Shown here piece after piece: positions 1 through 13,800 of a DNA stretch of 64,000 bases. The DNA lies in NCBI GenBank assembly GCA_951406725.2, contig OX597816.1, positions 45,198,001-45,262,000 on the forward strand, in the 5' to 3' direction. The notes below the pieces were generated by a model that was not told the DNA's origin, made no database searches, and worked only from the letters and a program-made list of their open reading frames with translations. The stretch comes from Octopus vulgaris. Its lineage: Eukaryota. How positions within the stretch are numbered: the stretch's first letter is position 1; every line of letters begins with the position of its first letter. The position numbers were made by a program, and so were the translations under genes.

Positions 1-53
1 TCTCCTGTGTGCGTGTGTGTGTGTGTGCAGACACATACACACACACACATACA

Positions 54-272
54 TGTGGGGCGGGTGCTGAAAAATTCTTGGCTATGAATAAAGGAAAATA
101 CAGGAGGATCAGTTATGATTTTTGCAACACATTCCTCTCCCGGATTCACACACTTATTGCAACAGTCTTTCAGTTTTTCTAAGCCCTGTAAAAGAACTCG
201 GAAGGTTGGACCTACAGCCAGGCCTTTTGTGATACCCTTAAACCCAGGAACCTTTCAGCACCCCGCCTCATA
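54..272. mobile_element. Mariner-type MITE
   Basis: Imperfect TIRs gggtgctgaaaaattcttgg / ccaggaacctttcagcaccc. Confidence 0.55.
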
Positions 273-913
273 CATACATATATGTGTAAGTATATACTGG
301 CTGGTAGCAACAGAATTAAACAAGCAAACATGGTACCCAGTTATATCCGTTCCTTAACTGGTTATGTTTATTTGCAAATCTTACCCACTTTAGCTTGATG
401 ACGTTAAGTACCAAACTGCTTTTGAAACCAGTATACAGTATGATCGCAGTCCAGTGAGTAAAACTAGTATGATAAAAGAATGTGTGTGTCCATGCGTTTG
501 TATATATAACTGTGTGTGTATGTTTGTGTGGTTATCTTTAGAATATGCAACTAAAATGAAGTAGCAAAATTTCGATCTTAGAATTACATACAAATGTAAG
601 TAGAAAACAAAATCTGGAATCTTTTTCCTTTAAGCTGTCATTATATTTCTGTAGACAACATTTCTTACATCCCTGTAAGTTGGTGAACAAAATACCAAAA
701 AAAAAAAAAAAATTACAAAGAAAATAAGTTGAAAACATAAATGTTATTAAATAACATAGAAAATATACATTTTAGAAAAATACACGAAATAAAACGCATA
801 TAAATACACAACCACATTCACACAAAATTTCTTCAGGAATTTTTATAAATTTAACTTTAAAAGAAATTTCTGTACTTAATCAATATATATAAACATGTGT
901 TAGTGTCGGTCCA

Positions 914-1032
<119 letters not shown>

Positions 1033-1265
1033 TATATATATACATATAAATGTGTATATATATATATATATAAATATGTGTATATATATATATATATATA
1101 TAAATGTGCATGTATGTATATATATATACACACACACATACACATGCATACACCCACACGACTGAGCAAATATAATATACCGCTGTATATAAGCAAATGT
1201 GCATGTATTTCCATTTATAAACATACACACACACACACACATACATACATACATACATACATACA

Positions 1266-1297
<32 letters not shown>

Positions 1298-1409
1298 AAT
1301 ATGTGCGCTTACAAATGCATACAAACACACATACCAATTTGCAGGTGTATACATGTAAGTATATGTGTGAACATATATATATGTGTGTGTGTGTGTGTGT
1401 GTATGCATG

Positions 1410-1441
<32 letters not shown>

Positions 1442-1593
1442 TGTATGTATGTATATATGTATGTAAATTTCTGCAAACAGAAAGCAAGTTTTTTACGACA
1501 AGTTATGCTGTATACATTCATATGTACCATATGCATCTTTCTCTCTCTCTTTTTACACACATACACATATATCTATATATCTATCTATATCTA

Positions 1594-1637
<44 letters not shown>

Positions 1638-1638
1638 C

Positions 1639-1709
<71 letters not shown>

Positions 1710-2149
1710 TGCAGATATATGTTGTAGAAATGCTTATGTGTGTACTTCTAAATTTTCATTTCTTTTTCCATTTGCATATGTACCAAGCAAAAGTATATCT
1801 GCACATATGAATGTGTTTACACAACCATACACACACACACACACATGTATATACACACATATATATATACAGACATAGATATATATTTGAATTTGTATTT
1901 GTTTGTGAGAGGGTCTGTTTGAATGCACAAAGTGAGTGCATACCATGCTAATACATGCATGGTCATATTACTGCACACATACACGTAATCACGTGTATGG
2001 AATAGAAAAATAGCCCTCGGATGGATTCAAAATAAAGAATCTAAGTTAAATCAATTTTACATATAAAGAAAAAGTAAAATGTGATGCAAATCAAGACTAA
2101 ATTCAGCTTCGGTTGGGAAATAGTATTAGCATAGATGATTGGCTGCAGG

Positions 2150-2660
2150 AGGGAAAAAAAAGTGTTGAGGTGGGAGAAGTGCAGGGGAATGGGGAGGTAG
2201 TGTGGAGGAGGAGGAGGAGGAGAAGGAGGAGGAGAAAGGAAGAGGAGAAGGATGAGAATGAGGAGGAGGTGGAAGACAAGTGAAGGGCAAGGAAGTTGAA
2301 GAGAAAGAGGGGGAGGGTAAGGATGAAGAACGAAGCAAGTGAGGGCGTGAGGAAGGAAAAGAAACAGGAGGATGAGAATGAGGAGGAGGAGGTGGGGGGG
2401 AGTAGATTGAAGAGGATGAAAGACAAGATGAGTGAGAAGCGAAGAAGAGGAGGAGGGGGAGGCAGCTAAAGATGGAGATGAGTTGAAGGCGAGGAAGGAA
2501 AAGGATGAGAAGGAGGAGCAACAGCAACAGTAGGAAAAAGAAAAGGAAGAAGAAACAGGTGGAGGAGGAGGAGGAGGAGGAGGAGGAGAAGGAGGAGCAA
2601 CAGCAACAGTAGGAAAAAGAACAGGAAGGAGGAGGAGGAGGAGGAGGAGGTAGAAAAAGA
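2150..2660 (+). repeat. Polypurine low-complexity tract with (GAG)n
   Basis: Almost pure G/A strand with short internal duplications. Confidence 0.85.
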
Positions 2661-4221
2661 ATTTGCAGTGGAGCAAGGGAATCCTGAAATGGTGGTTGGG
2701 GGCGGTGACGCAAGGTAGAAGCAGACCTGAGTATCAATGAGGCAGGTGAATTAAATTGCTTCTTAAAAAAATGCAAAAAAGACAAATAAAAAAAGAAATA
2801 CCGTGTGTGGATTAAATGGCTTACCAAATATAATCTCTATGAAATAAGGAAGCCTCTATAGAGTTACTTTACTGGATAGAAAGAGCAGCTAAACTGCCAT
2901 TGAGTCACATCTTACCATCTTAAAAAAAAAATGGAAGGACACCTGGAGTAATGTATTTTTAATGCTGGGTGGTTGGCGTTAGCGGAAGGGCATTCAGCTG
3001 TATAAACCATGCCAAAACTGAAACAGAAGTCTGGTGCAGGTTCATGCCTGGCCAGCTCCGGTCAAACCGTCCAACCCATACCGGCATGGGAGGCAGATGT
3101 TAAATGATGATGATGATGATGATGATGATGTAAAAAACATGGGAGCTTAAAGCTGGAAACCCCTTGATCAAAGACCTACTTGATTCCAGCTGAGTCAGGG
3201 ATAAACACTAACAGCAACAACAAGAAGTTCCAAGAGACTATTCCATTCTCTTCGTCATTCTTTCCCAGCATTCCCATCTGATTTCTAGCCCTTTTTATGT
3301 TCTCCCTATATCCTTTCCCCCTTTTCCTTTATGTACTCTGACTATTTCGCTATCTCACTCCCTCTATGCTTCTTTCTTCCTTCCTTTCTTTCTTCCCTTT
3401 CGTTTTTGTTTTTCTGCTGATGAACAATGATATCTGAAATATTAAAACTCTTTCACCACAACTTTCTCTTACTCCTACTTTCTGTTTCTGTTGTACCTGT
3501 ATTTCAAAGGGCCAGCCTTGTCACACTTTGTGTCATGCTGGATCTCCCCAAGAACTACGTTAAGGGTACACGTGTCTGTGGAGTGCTCAGCCACTTGCAT
3601 GTTAATTTCATGAGCAGGCTAATACCTTATTTGTCAAACTTTGTTCTTTGTGTGTGCATTTGTGTGTGCCTGTGTGTGTTGTGTGTACACACACACACAT
3701 ATCATCATTATCATCATCATCGTTTAACATCCGTTTTCCGCACTAGCATGAGTTGGACAGTTCAACCGGGGTCTGGGAAGCTAGGAGGCTGCACCAGGCT
3801 CCAGTCTGATCTGGCAGTGTTTCTACAGCTGGATGCTCTTCCTAACGCCAACCACTCCGCGAGTGTAGTGGGTGCTTCTTACGTGCCAGGGGAGTCTGGC
3901 AGCAGCCACGATCGGTTGGTGCTTTTAACGTGCCACTGGCACAGAAGCCAGTCAGGGCGGTGCTGGCATCGGTCACGCTCAGATGGTGCTTTTTACGTGC
4001 CACCGGCACAGAAGCCAGTCGAGGCGGTGCTGGCATCGGCCACGTTCGGATGGTGCTTTTTATGTGCCACTGGATATATATATATATATATATGGCAGTG
4101 ATCCAGTATGGCCACAGCCTTAGAGCTGAAACATGTAAAAGAATAAAAGAATATATACCCTAGAATAGAAACAAAATCAAATGTTGATATGCTGGATGCA
4201 TTTAATACATATGCTTCCCAT

Positions 4222-4608
4222 GGTGGTTGGCACTCCGTCGGTTATGATAACGAGGGTTCCAGTTGATCCAATCAACAGAACAGCCTGCTCGTGAAATTAA
4301 CGTGCAAGTGGCTGAGCACTCCACAGACACATGTACCCTTAACGTAGTTCTTGGGGAGATTCGGCATGACACAGTGTGTGACAAGGCTGACCCCCTTGAA
4401 ATACAGGTACAACAGAAGCAGGAAGAAGGAGTAAGAGAAATTTGTGGTGAAAGAGTGCAGCAGGGTTCACCCCCCCCCCCCGCCGGATCCTCATGGAGCT
4501 TTAGGTGTTTTCACTCAATAAACACTCACAACACCCAGTCTGGAAATCGAAACTGAGATCCTAAGACCGTGAGTCCGCTGCCCCAACTACTGGGCCATTG
4601 CGCCTCCA
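4222..4608 (-). mobile_element. tRNA-derived SINE (family C)
   Basis: Head ggaggcgcaatggcccagt...gtttcgatttcc; related pieces at about 3400-3620, 31255-31965, 56400-56692. Confidence 0.7.
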
Positions 4609-4888
4609 CATGTTTCCAGTAGTTACGCAAAATATGTAGGAATTATCTTACATAACCACTGGAAACACATGTACTAAATGCATTCAGAATATAAACATTT
4701 GCTTTTGCTTTTATTCTTGGCATTATGTGACTCTCTTCCATAACAATCTGGCTGTCCTTGCTTTGATAGTATGGTTAATACACCAAGGATATAGGAATGG
4801 AATGTTTTACCAGACCTCAACCCAAAAACTTCTAGTAAAGTATATTGCATCAAAGCATGCCCTTCAGTATATATGTATGTGTGTGTGG

Positions 4889-4920
<32 letters not shown>

Positions 4921-5844
4921 ATGTGTAAGGAGATGTATGAAGATCACATCAAAGGTTCAAATTCTGGACCTGGTGGTTTATTGTGTTCTTGAGCAAGGTA
5001 CTTTATTTCATACTGCTCCAATCTATTCTGCTGAAAATGTGTACCACTTCGGTGCTTCTGCAGACCTTTCTACCTCCACTTGTAACATCCTTGATGTTCC
5101 ACTAAGTCAAGGGTAATAAAGCCATGACTAGTGAAACCATGGTACCAGCTATCAAGTCATAATCACCAGCAAGTGATGGCTATAGTTTATAAAACCATAA
5201 ATATGTGTGCATGTACGTACATATATACAAGCGGTGTATGAAAAGTCTTGAGCCTCAAAAAAGAATATACATACATATATAACATATTATGCTTTACAAA
5301 GCATATGTTATACATGTATGTATATTTTTGTTATTGTCATTTTAGTAAATAAATAAATAAGTTGACATAATATAATGTCTGAAAGTTCATGAACCACCTA
5401 TTGATCCCCTCCATTTTCTTATTGCTCTATAAATTAAAAGTAAAATATCTCTACCTTCACCCATTTAGTACACTTGGTAATGTAATTGCAATGCAATAAA
5501 AAACACTTGTGTATTAATAATTGGGTATTCTACCAGCAGTATATTGGATAGATATTATCCCTTAGGTGGTTGGATTCACAACCTCTAACTTTCTTGGAAT
5601 ATATATATATATATATATTGCGGGTGGCACGAAAAAAGCACCCACTACACTCACGGAGTGGTTGGCGTTAGGAAGGGCATCCAGCCATAGAAACACTGCC
5701 AGATCAGACTAGGCCTGATGCAGCCTTCTGGCTTCACAGACCCCAGTTGAACCGTCCAACCCGCTAGCATGGAAAGCGGACGCTAAATGATGATGGTGAT
5801 GATGATGATGATGATAGAGAGAGAGAGAGAGAGACAGACAGACA

Positions 5845-6610
5845 TATAAAACCACACTGAGCAAAAGGTTTTTCAGAGTTTCCCTGTTGATTTTTGACAA
5901 TGTATCGTCATTTTATATCATTAATTTGACACAAATTGTCCAATTGCTGCTGAATATTTTTTTCTTTACTTTCATGAAAAACATAGAAACATGAATCATT
6001 TATTCTTAAATTTTACAGCTTTGAAAATGAGTGTTGAGAAAATTGCAATTAGAGCCATTTTACACTACTTGTGGGAAAAAATGGACAGAGTGCAAGAGCA
6101 ACATCAAAAGAAATTAATGATCTGGAAGGCCCAAGAACTGTCAATGAATATGTGGCACAAAGTGTTTCAGACATTTCAAGGAAGGTGACACCAGCTTCAA
6201 AGACAAACCAAAGTCTGGGAGACCATCTGTCATGGAAAACGAGGCCTTGCTTTAGATGGTCGGACAACAGCCAAGCACAAGCACTCATATACATTGTCAA
6301 CAGAACTAGGTCCTTCACAAAGCAACACCAATTGATAACTCCATATGATCAGCCTTGTGGACAGACAGTCAAGAAGCTCCTCATGAATTGACCAATGACC
6401 AAGCTCAAGGATGTGTGAATATTTGCCAACAACAGTTGCCAAATCCTAGAAATGCCTGTTTTGAGCACTGAACTGATGGAAAATGGATCTATTTTCAAAA
6501 CCCTAATAAGAGAAATCAGTTGCTTCATTCTGGTCAGGCTTCAGAACCTGGTGTCAAATTGGGGCGATTTGAACTGAAGGTCTTGTTGTGTATTTCGTGG
6601 CATTTTGAGA
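5845..6610 (+). mobile_element. Decayed mariner transposase remnant
   Basis: Frameshifted IRAILHYLW/GQSARATSKEIN..GPRTVNE HTH and (T)DGKWIYFQNP motifs. Confidence 0.6.
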
Positions 6611-7650
6611 GTTGAATGTCTACCATACTTGGGTTTTGTCTTCATTGCTATATGCATGTGAGATTTGGGTTATTTTTCAGAAGCATATGAAAAGACTGGA
6701 GCAATTTCATCAGCAGTGTCTCTGGGTATTTGATGGCAAATGCATGTAAGTGACTTTGAAGACCTCAAAAAGTGCTAGTCTACAAGTAGATTGTCTCTAG
6801 TACTTCAGCACTGATTATAATGGAATGGTTTTGTGGTCAGGATGGAAAGTAATCCCTAACCTTAACCCCAAGCTATTCTTCTATGTACACCAATACATAA
6901 AAACCAAAATTAAGGTATAAGGATGGCATCAAGAATACATTTGAGAAGGTCAACATCATGGAAAATGGATAGGAAATCCTTGCTCTAGATTGTTCATCAT
7001 GCAGGGAAGCAATGCTCAATGAGAGGAGGGAATTCAAACATAAGTGTAGCAAGCATAAAAAGCTCAAGAGAGATTTGAGAAGGTCAACATCATGGAAAAT
7101 GGATTGGAAATCCTTGCTCTAGATTGTTCATCATGCAGGGAAGCAATGCTCAATGAGAGGAGGGAATTCAAACATAAGTGTAGCAAGCATAAAAAGCTCA
7201 AGAGAGATGTTCGTAAAGTTCTTGATGCTAATTTTGATGCTAACAGCCCATTTTAAACCTTTCAATACCAGTCCCCCTGGCACAACCCTTGATTCCATGA
7301 TACAAGCTTCATCTTCTGAAGTGATCTAAATCAAAACCTTTCCTCACAGTTCCCTGTTAATTTATGTTTCAAACACCAGCTTAAATTTGACGGTTATTTT
7401 AATTAATTCTTCATTATTTTCAAAATTAATTAGAATAGAGGCAGTGTATGCCAACAGAAATATAGTACCAAAATTTTTTAAATGTAACAACAGTGGACGT
7501 GTCTGTTTAAGTAACGTAGGCTTTAGAAGTCATCAAAGAATCCACAGATACAGGGAAGGTGTTAACTACACATAATACAGCATCTCTACTTGCAGGGATT
7601 GTGGAAAGGAATGTACATCACGAAGTGGACAGAAATGTAATATAAAGGTT
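6610..7650 (+). mobile_element. Decayed LINE 3' region with C2H2-like fingers, an internal 134-bp tandem duplication and a MITE insertion
   Basis: KPKLRYKDGIKNT; FKCNNSGRVCLSNVGFRSHQRIH and CRDCGKEC motifs. Confidence 0.45.
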
Positions 7651-9429
7651 CATCTAGATCAGGGGTTCTCAACCATTTTTCTTCTACAGGCTCCTTTGAT
7701 TACTATTTCATTCTGGTGGACCCCACAGCCAATCGATGTTTATAAACTAGTTTTATAGATACTTCTTTCAAAATTCCTATTTTGTTTTTCACACATTTAA
7801 CTTGTTAGGGTTGGACTGTGTAAAGCATTTGAGAAAGAAACCCAGCTGTTTCTTGTAATACTTAAAGCAGAATTTTTTCAGGGGCTTTTAAAATACTATT
7901 GTAGTACCAACTGTAAAAGGCATCCATTGTTGCCATGTCTGTACAAAAGAATTTGTAGTCCCAACCAGGACCCAAAAGCCACATCTGTGCTATTCATCTT
8001 GAAGAGAACAAGCAAGAGATGACACTACTTAAAATCGAGTTGTAATTATCAGGCATGTATGTATGTATGAATGTATATATGCAAGTATGTTTGTATGCAT
8101 GTATATTGTGGAGGTGCATGACTTATTGGTTAAGGTGTTGCACTGATGAAGGTATGATTGTGGTTTCCATTCCTGGACCAGGTGATACATTGTGTTCTTG
8201 AACAAAACACTTCATTTCACATTGCTCCACTCTACTCAGCTGGCAAAAATGAGTTATCCTGCAATGGACTGGCATCCCATCCAGGTAGAATGGAATATAT
8301 ATGCCACAGAGTGCAGGAAACCAGTGTTATGAGCCTATGTAGCTTGGAACCTTTGATCCTCCTTTGATGTATGCATATTGAGCAACAGATAGTATCTGTT
8401 GATGTTTCCCTATCAATAAATCATTCACTAACTCTGTATTTTTAAAAATGAGTGGATTGAAAGCTCCCTTTCTTGGAAAAAGTTCAGATTTATGGAAAGG
8501 AAGGGCATCAGGATGCAAAAAACAATGCCTCAGTAATATGTCTAATTAATACTAGCAGACAAACAAAGTGTAGACAACTCTTCTTTTATATTCCTTTACT
8601 TGTTTCATTCATTGGACTGCAGCCATGCTGGGGCACTGCCATGAAAGATTTACTCAAACCAATCGAAACCAGTGCTTATTTTAGGAGTAGTACTTATTCT
8701 GCTGGTCTCCTTCTAGTGTTGGTTTCTTTATGTAGACTTAAAGAAAACAATACCAGCTGACAAACAGAGGAGGGCGACAAACACACAAACAAACTCATAC
8801 ACACACAAACACACATATATGTAATGAGCTTGTTTTAGTTTCAAATTCATTCAAAAGGCTTTTGTTGGCCCAGGGCCATAATAGAAGACATTTGCTCAAG
8901 ATGTCACACAACAGGACTAAAACCAAGACAACACGACTGGGAAGAAAGCTTTTTAACCATACACCCACACCCGTCTTCATCTTTTTTTGATTTTTTATAA
9001 ATTCTCACAGAGGCAAAGTGGTTGAGTTCCTTACGAGTGTTGGGTCTCATGAAGGCAAAGTGGCTGAGTTTGTTTTGGGCATTGAGCCTCACAGAGGCAA
9101 ACTGGATGAGTTCCTTTCAAGTGTTGGGCCTCACACAGGCAATGACCAAGACCTTTGGTGTTAGGTTATGCTTGAGAAGAAGAGCCATCAAGCCAAGTAA
9201 AATCACAGTCATAGCAGATACTGGTGTCACACAAATGGCACCCGTGCCAGTGGCATGTAAACGCACCCATTACACACTTGGAGTGGTTGGCATTAGGAAG
9301 GGCATCTAACCATAGAAAACCATGCCAACTCAGACTCGAGTCTGGTGCAACCTTCCAGATTACCAGCTCTGGTCAAACCATCCAACCCATGCTAGCATGG
9401 ACAATGGACATTAAATAATGGTGATGATG

Positions 9430-9464
<35 letters not shown>

Positions 9465-9747
9465 TGTATGTATTTATGTATGTATGTATATATATATATA
9501 TGTATGTATATATATATATATATATCTCAATGGATGAATGAATTTACCGTTAACATGGAAAATATGTTTACCGTTAACATGGAAAATTCAATAAACCATT
9601 ACTAGGGTAGCAAAATTCACGTCAGAAACACGGTTGAAGCGACCTATCCAAAGGTAGAAACTCCGGGTTAGTGTGCAGTAATTTGTGTGTTATAAATGAA
9701 TAAATAAATAAATGGAGTTGAACGAAGATGTTAATAAAATTCTTTTA

Positions 9748-9828
9748 CTTTCGACATATGTTTCGAAGACAACATGGTTTTATTCCAAAGGAATAAACGG
9801 TGTATATGCAATCTTCTCATCAGGAAAG
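9748..9828 (-). ncRNA. Type I hammerhead ribozyme motif (inverted twin of 9890-9971)
   Basis: Reverse-complement copy with the same intact core and stems. Confidence 0.8.
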
Positions 9829-9889
9829 AAAGAGAGCCTCTCTCAACAACAATTGTTATAACGTCTTGTTGTTGAGAGAGGCTCTCTTT

Positions 9890-9971
9890 CTTTCCTGATG
9901 AGAAGATTGCATTTTACACCGTTTATTCCTTTGGAATAAAACCATGTTGTCTTCGAAACATATGTCGAAAG
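9890..9971 (+). ncRNA. Type I hammerhead ribozyme motif
   Basis: ctttc-CTGATGA-gaaga...tcttc-GAAAC-atat-GTC-gaaag: intact core, 5-bp stem I, extended stem II, palindromic short stem III; predicted cleavage after C9966. Confidence 0.8.
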
Positions 9972-10025
9972 TAAAAGAATTTTATTAACATCTCCGTTCA
10001 ACTCCATTTATTTATTTAATTCATT

Positions 10026-10071
<46 letters not shown>

Positions 10072-10453
10072 AATCGAATGCATCTGTGGAAATTAATACC
10101 ATGCAAACAGAGGAATTTAACTGATTGCATATATATGCAGATATCCATTTGCTTGAATGGTACTATGCTGGTGGTATTAACTTTATTGGCTTTTTGTGAA
10201 GTGACACATTTTAATATATTGAACTGTTTAATATATATGCCTGCATTGAGTGTGAGTGTGTCTGTTGTGGTTTCTTGATGTTGGTTGAGGAGCTGTGGCG
10301 TTCAATATGGAACATTATTGTGTTTGTTGATGTATATTGATTTATATTGTTTATATTGTATTATTGTGTATATGTATATATATGTAAGAATATGAGTATG
10401 TATGCACTCATATTTATATTTATATGTAAATTATTTTAGATTTGTACTCATAC

Positions 10454-10585
10454 TTGCATTAGAATCTCCGAAGAGGCCGTAAGATATTCTTGTTAATGTC
10501 TCATTTATACCTGCAATATATGGCTAATAGGTTAAATGAAACATACCTATCTTCATGGCCGAAACAGCTGTCAGTTATAATGTAA
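10454..10585 (+). ncRNA. Hammerhead-like motif with U4C core variant
   Basis: ttgcatta..ct-CCGAAGA-ggccgtaagata...tatcttcatggcc-GAAAC-agct-GTC-ag..taatgtaa; palindromic stem III ACAGCTGT. Confidence 0.6.
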
Positions 10586-10762
10586 ATGTATTTTTATATC
10601 TTGTATTTATTTAGTTATATCTCACCATATTGATTGTAATTATTGTACTGTATTAATGTCTAATCTCATTGCTATTGTGTAGTGTTTTAATAAAGTATAT
10701 GATTCGGTATTATCTGATAGTTGATGATTGATTTAGATATATTTCTCCATTTTCTCATTTTG

Positions 10763-10800
<38 letters not shown>

Positions 10801-10801
<1 letters not shown>

Positions 10802-13800
10802 GACCTCTCTCTAACTAACCCTATCTCTCTCTCTCTATGTCCCCCCTTCCAATAACCATCATCGCCATGGTTCTCTATGCCCCCCCCCTTCCCAAAACCA
10901 TCATCGCCATATATAAAAGAGCAATCGCATTTATCGTTAACCCCACTCGCTTCAAAATATCTAAAGAATACGCACAGATCATGAATGGCTAAAAGTTAAG
11001 TGAATCGTCCAACCTCGCTACGACTACCTTCTTTCTTGCACTTATTCTTATTCTTTCTCTATTCTTCAATTTCCATCTCATTGTATTGTCCCTCATTCTT
11101 TCAGTATTCCCTCATTACCCTGTCTAGCTCAAACATTTTTTTCGTTTAGACTTGTCTACAGGTTCATAGCCACTCTGATTTTTCAATTTTTCATTTAGTG
11201 TTGTCTCCCGATTCATACAAACCCATTTGCTAGCTCATACGATTAACAGAACCTCTTTACTCAGACACGGTGCACCCGCCCTCCCACCCCCACCACGCAT
11301 GCCGGAAGTTCCTATTCTCTGCCATTCCGGGGTTGCTTCCCATGAAGACTGCAAATGTTCTCACCATCCCTACCCCTCCCTACCCCTAGTCTCGACCTAT
11401 GTAAGGTAATGTTCATACAGTGCAAAATATGAAAGGCTAGCGTTATGCAGGTTGTACTGAAGGCTACTTTACTACTTCATTTCTTGCACATGAATTCTGC
11501 CAAATGCGAGCTTTCTTTTCAGGTACACGAAGCTACTGTCCACCGTCCCAGGGTCTCTAGAGCCCATACCTCCCACACCCTCAGGGTTGGCACCCTCAAT
11601 GTTGGTACTCTGAAAGGTAGGTCTGGTGAGATAGTCGAGATGCTTGAACGGAGATGTGTGGATATATGTTGCATGCAAGAAATAAGGTGGAGAGGAGGAT
11701 CAGCTAGGTTCCTCACAGGCAAGGAACGCAGGTACAAGATTTTCTGGGCAGGGAACACTGACGGGGTTGGTGGCGTGGGTATACTTATCGCTGAGAAATG
11801 GGTAGATAAAGTAATTGAGGTAATCAGAGTATGTGACAGAATACTTAAGATTAGATTAGTGCTTCATCATAGTTTAGCAACCATTATATCAGCCTATGCT
11901 CCTCAGTCGGGGCTACCCGATGGACAGAAAGACCGATTCTATGACACTCTACTGCAGACTACCTCGTTGACGAACGACAGAGACCTTATCTTTGTGGCTG
12001 GTGACTTCAATGGTCACGTTGGACGACATGCTGGGGGCTTCCATGGCATACATGGAGGCTATGGCTATGGCTCCCACAACGAGGAGGGAACCAGGCTGCT
12101 GGAGTTCTGCGATGCAAATAATCTTATGATTTGCAACACTAACTTCAGGAAACCTACCAGCCACCTAGTCACTTACCAATCGGGCCAACATACCAGCCAA
12201 ATTGACTACATCCTTACAAGGCAAAGGGAGAGATGGCTGCTTATAAATGCCAAAACCTTCCCAGGTGAAGAATGTACCCCACAACATAGACTGGTAGTTA
12301 GTGACTTTAGGATCAGGACTAGGAGGACAACCAGAAGACGACAAATATGGAGAAGAAGGATCTGGAAGCTTAAAGATCCTGCAAATGGACAGAGATTTAG
12401 GGACATATTACTTGAAGCCTCTGACGAAGTAGAAGGGGATAGAGCATCACAGGGGGTAGAAGACAGCTGGACGTTTCTAAGGGACAACCTGCTGAGAGCC
12501 ACTGACCAGATCTGTGGCTGGTGCAAAGTCCCCTCTCGACCTAGAATAACGTGGTGGTGGAACAATATTGTAGACAGGGCTATTAGAGAAAAGAGACAGG
12601 CTTGGAAGGTCTGGAAAAATGGGGGTAGCAGGGGATTGTATCAGACTGCCAAAAGAGAAGCTAGGAGACAGGTTTATTTAGCCAGAGGGGAAGCAGATAA
12701 GAAAAAATTTGCCAATGTTCTGCGCCGTGAGGACCAAAGACTGGAGGTGTTTCGTGTTGCAAGACAGTGTGTGAGAGAGAATCGTGATGTGGTAGGAGAG
12801 AAGTGTGTTCGCATGGAAGATGGTTCACTTGCGCTAAATGAGGATGCAAAGAGAGAGGTTTGGAGATGCCACTATGAAAGGTTGCTGAATGAAGAAAATG
12901 AATGGGATAAAGAGAGTCTGCCGAATGTTGACCCAACAGAGGGACCAGCTATCCGAGTTGATAGTTCCGTGGTAGCTAAGGCAATTAGAAGCATGAAGAC
13001 AGGGAAAGCCCCAGGCCCATCAGGAATTACTGCAGAGATGCTCAAAATGTCTGGTAGTGTCGGCTATAGCCTAGTCACCCGTATAGTTAATCAGGTGATA
13101 CACAAAGGGGTCATACCCAATGACTGGTGTAGCAGTATAATAGTCAACTGCTACAAAGGTAAAGGTGATGCCCTAGATACAAATAACTACAGAGGTATCA
13201 AGCTGTTGGACCAGGTGATGAAGGTTACGGAGAGGGTCATAGCCCAACTAATTAGAGAGAGAGTTAGTTTAGATGAGATGCAGTTTGGGTTTGTGCCAGG
13301 GAAAAGTACTACTGATGCTATATTCCTGGTAAGGCAGCTGCAGGAGAAATACCTAGCCAAAGATAAGCCCCTGTACCTGGCTTTTGTTGACATGGAGAAA
13401 GCCTTCGACAGGGTCCCCCGATCCCTTATCTGGTGGGCAATGAGGAAACTAGGGATAGATGAATGGTTAGTGAGAGCTGTGCGGGCCATGTACAGGGACG
13501 CCGTTAGTAGGGTGAGGGTTGGAAATGTGTACAGTGAAGAATTCCGGGTAGAGGTAGGAGTCCACCAAGGCTCAGTACTCAGCCCCCTCCTATTTATCAT
13601 AGTCCTCCAGGCAATAACGGAGGAATTCAAGACAGGATGCCCTTGGGAGCTCCTCTATGCTGATGACCTTGCTCTAATTGCTGAGTCGCTATCAGAACTG
13701 GAGGAGAAGTTTCAGGTGTGGAAACAAGGATTAGAATCGAAGGGCCTCAGAGTCAATCTAGCTAAAACCAAAGTCGTAATCAGTAGGAAGGTAGACAAAT

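Larger units (their letters stand above)
9527..10027. mobile_element. Penelope-type pLTR-like fold-back element between (TA)n tracts
   Basis: About 160-bp near-perfect inverted arms 9693-9849 / 9866-10027 plus a one-sided extension to 9527; hammerhead in each arm. Confidence 0.65.

Noticed and set aside
343-358. Plus-strand TTCCTTAAC resembling a U12 branch point
   Set aside because: Wrong strand for the KIF6 intron and no matching exon follows
2041-2827. Pro/Ser/Leu-rich ORFs of over 200 aa
   Set aside because: Low-complexity polypurine tract, no domain or splice support
10801-11444. Possible HDV-like ribozyme in the RTE 5' UTR
   Set aside because: Known in some RTEs, but I could not identify the nested double pseudoknot by eye
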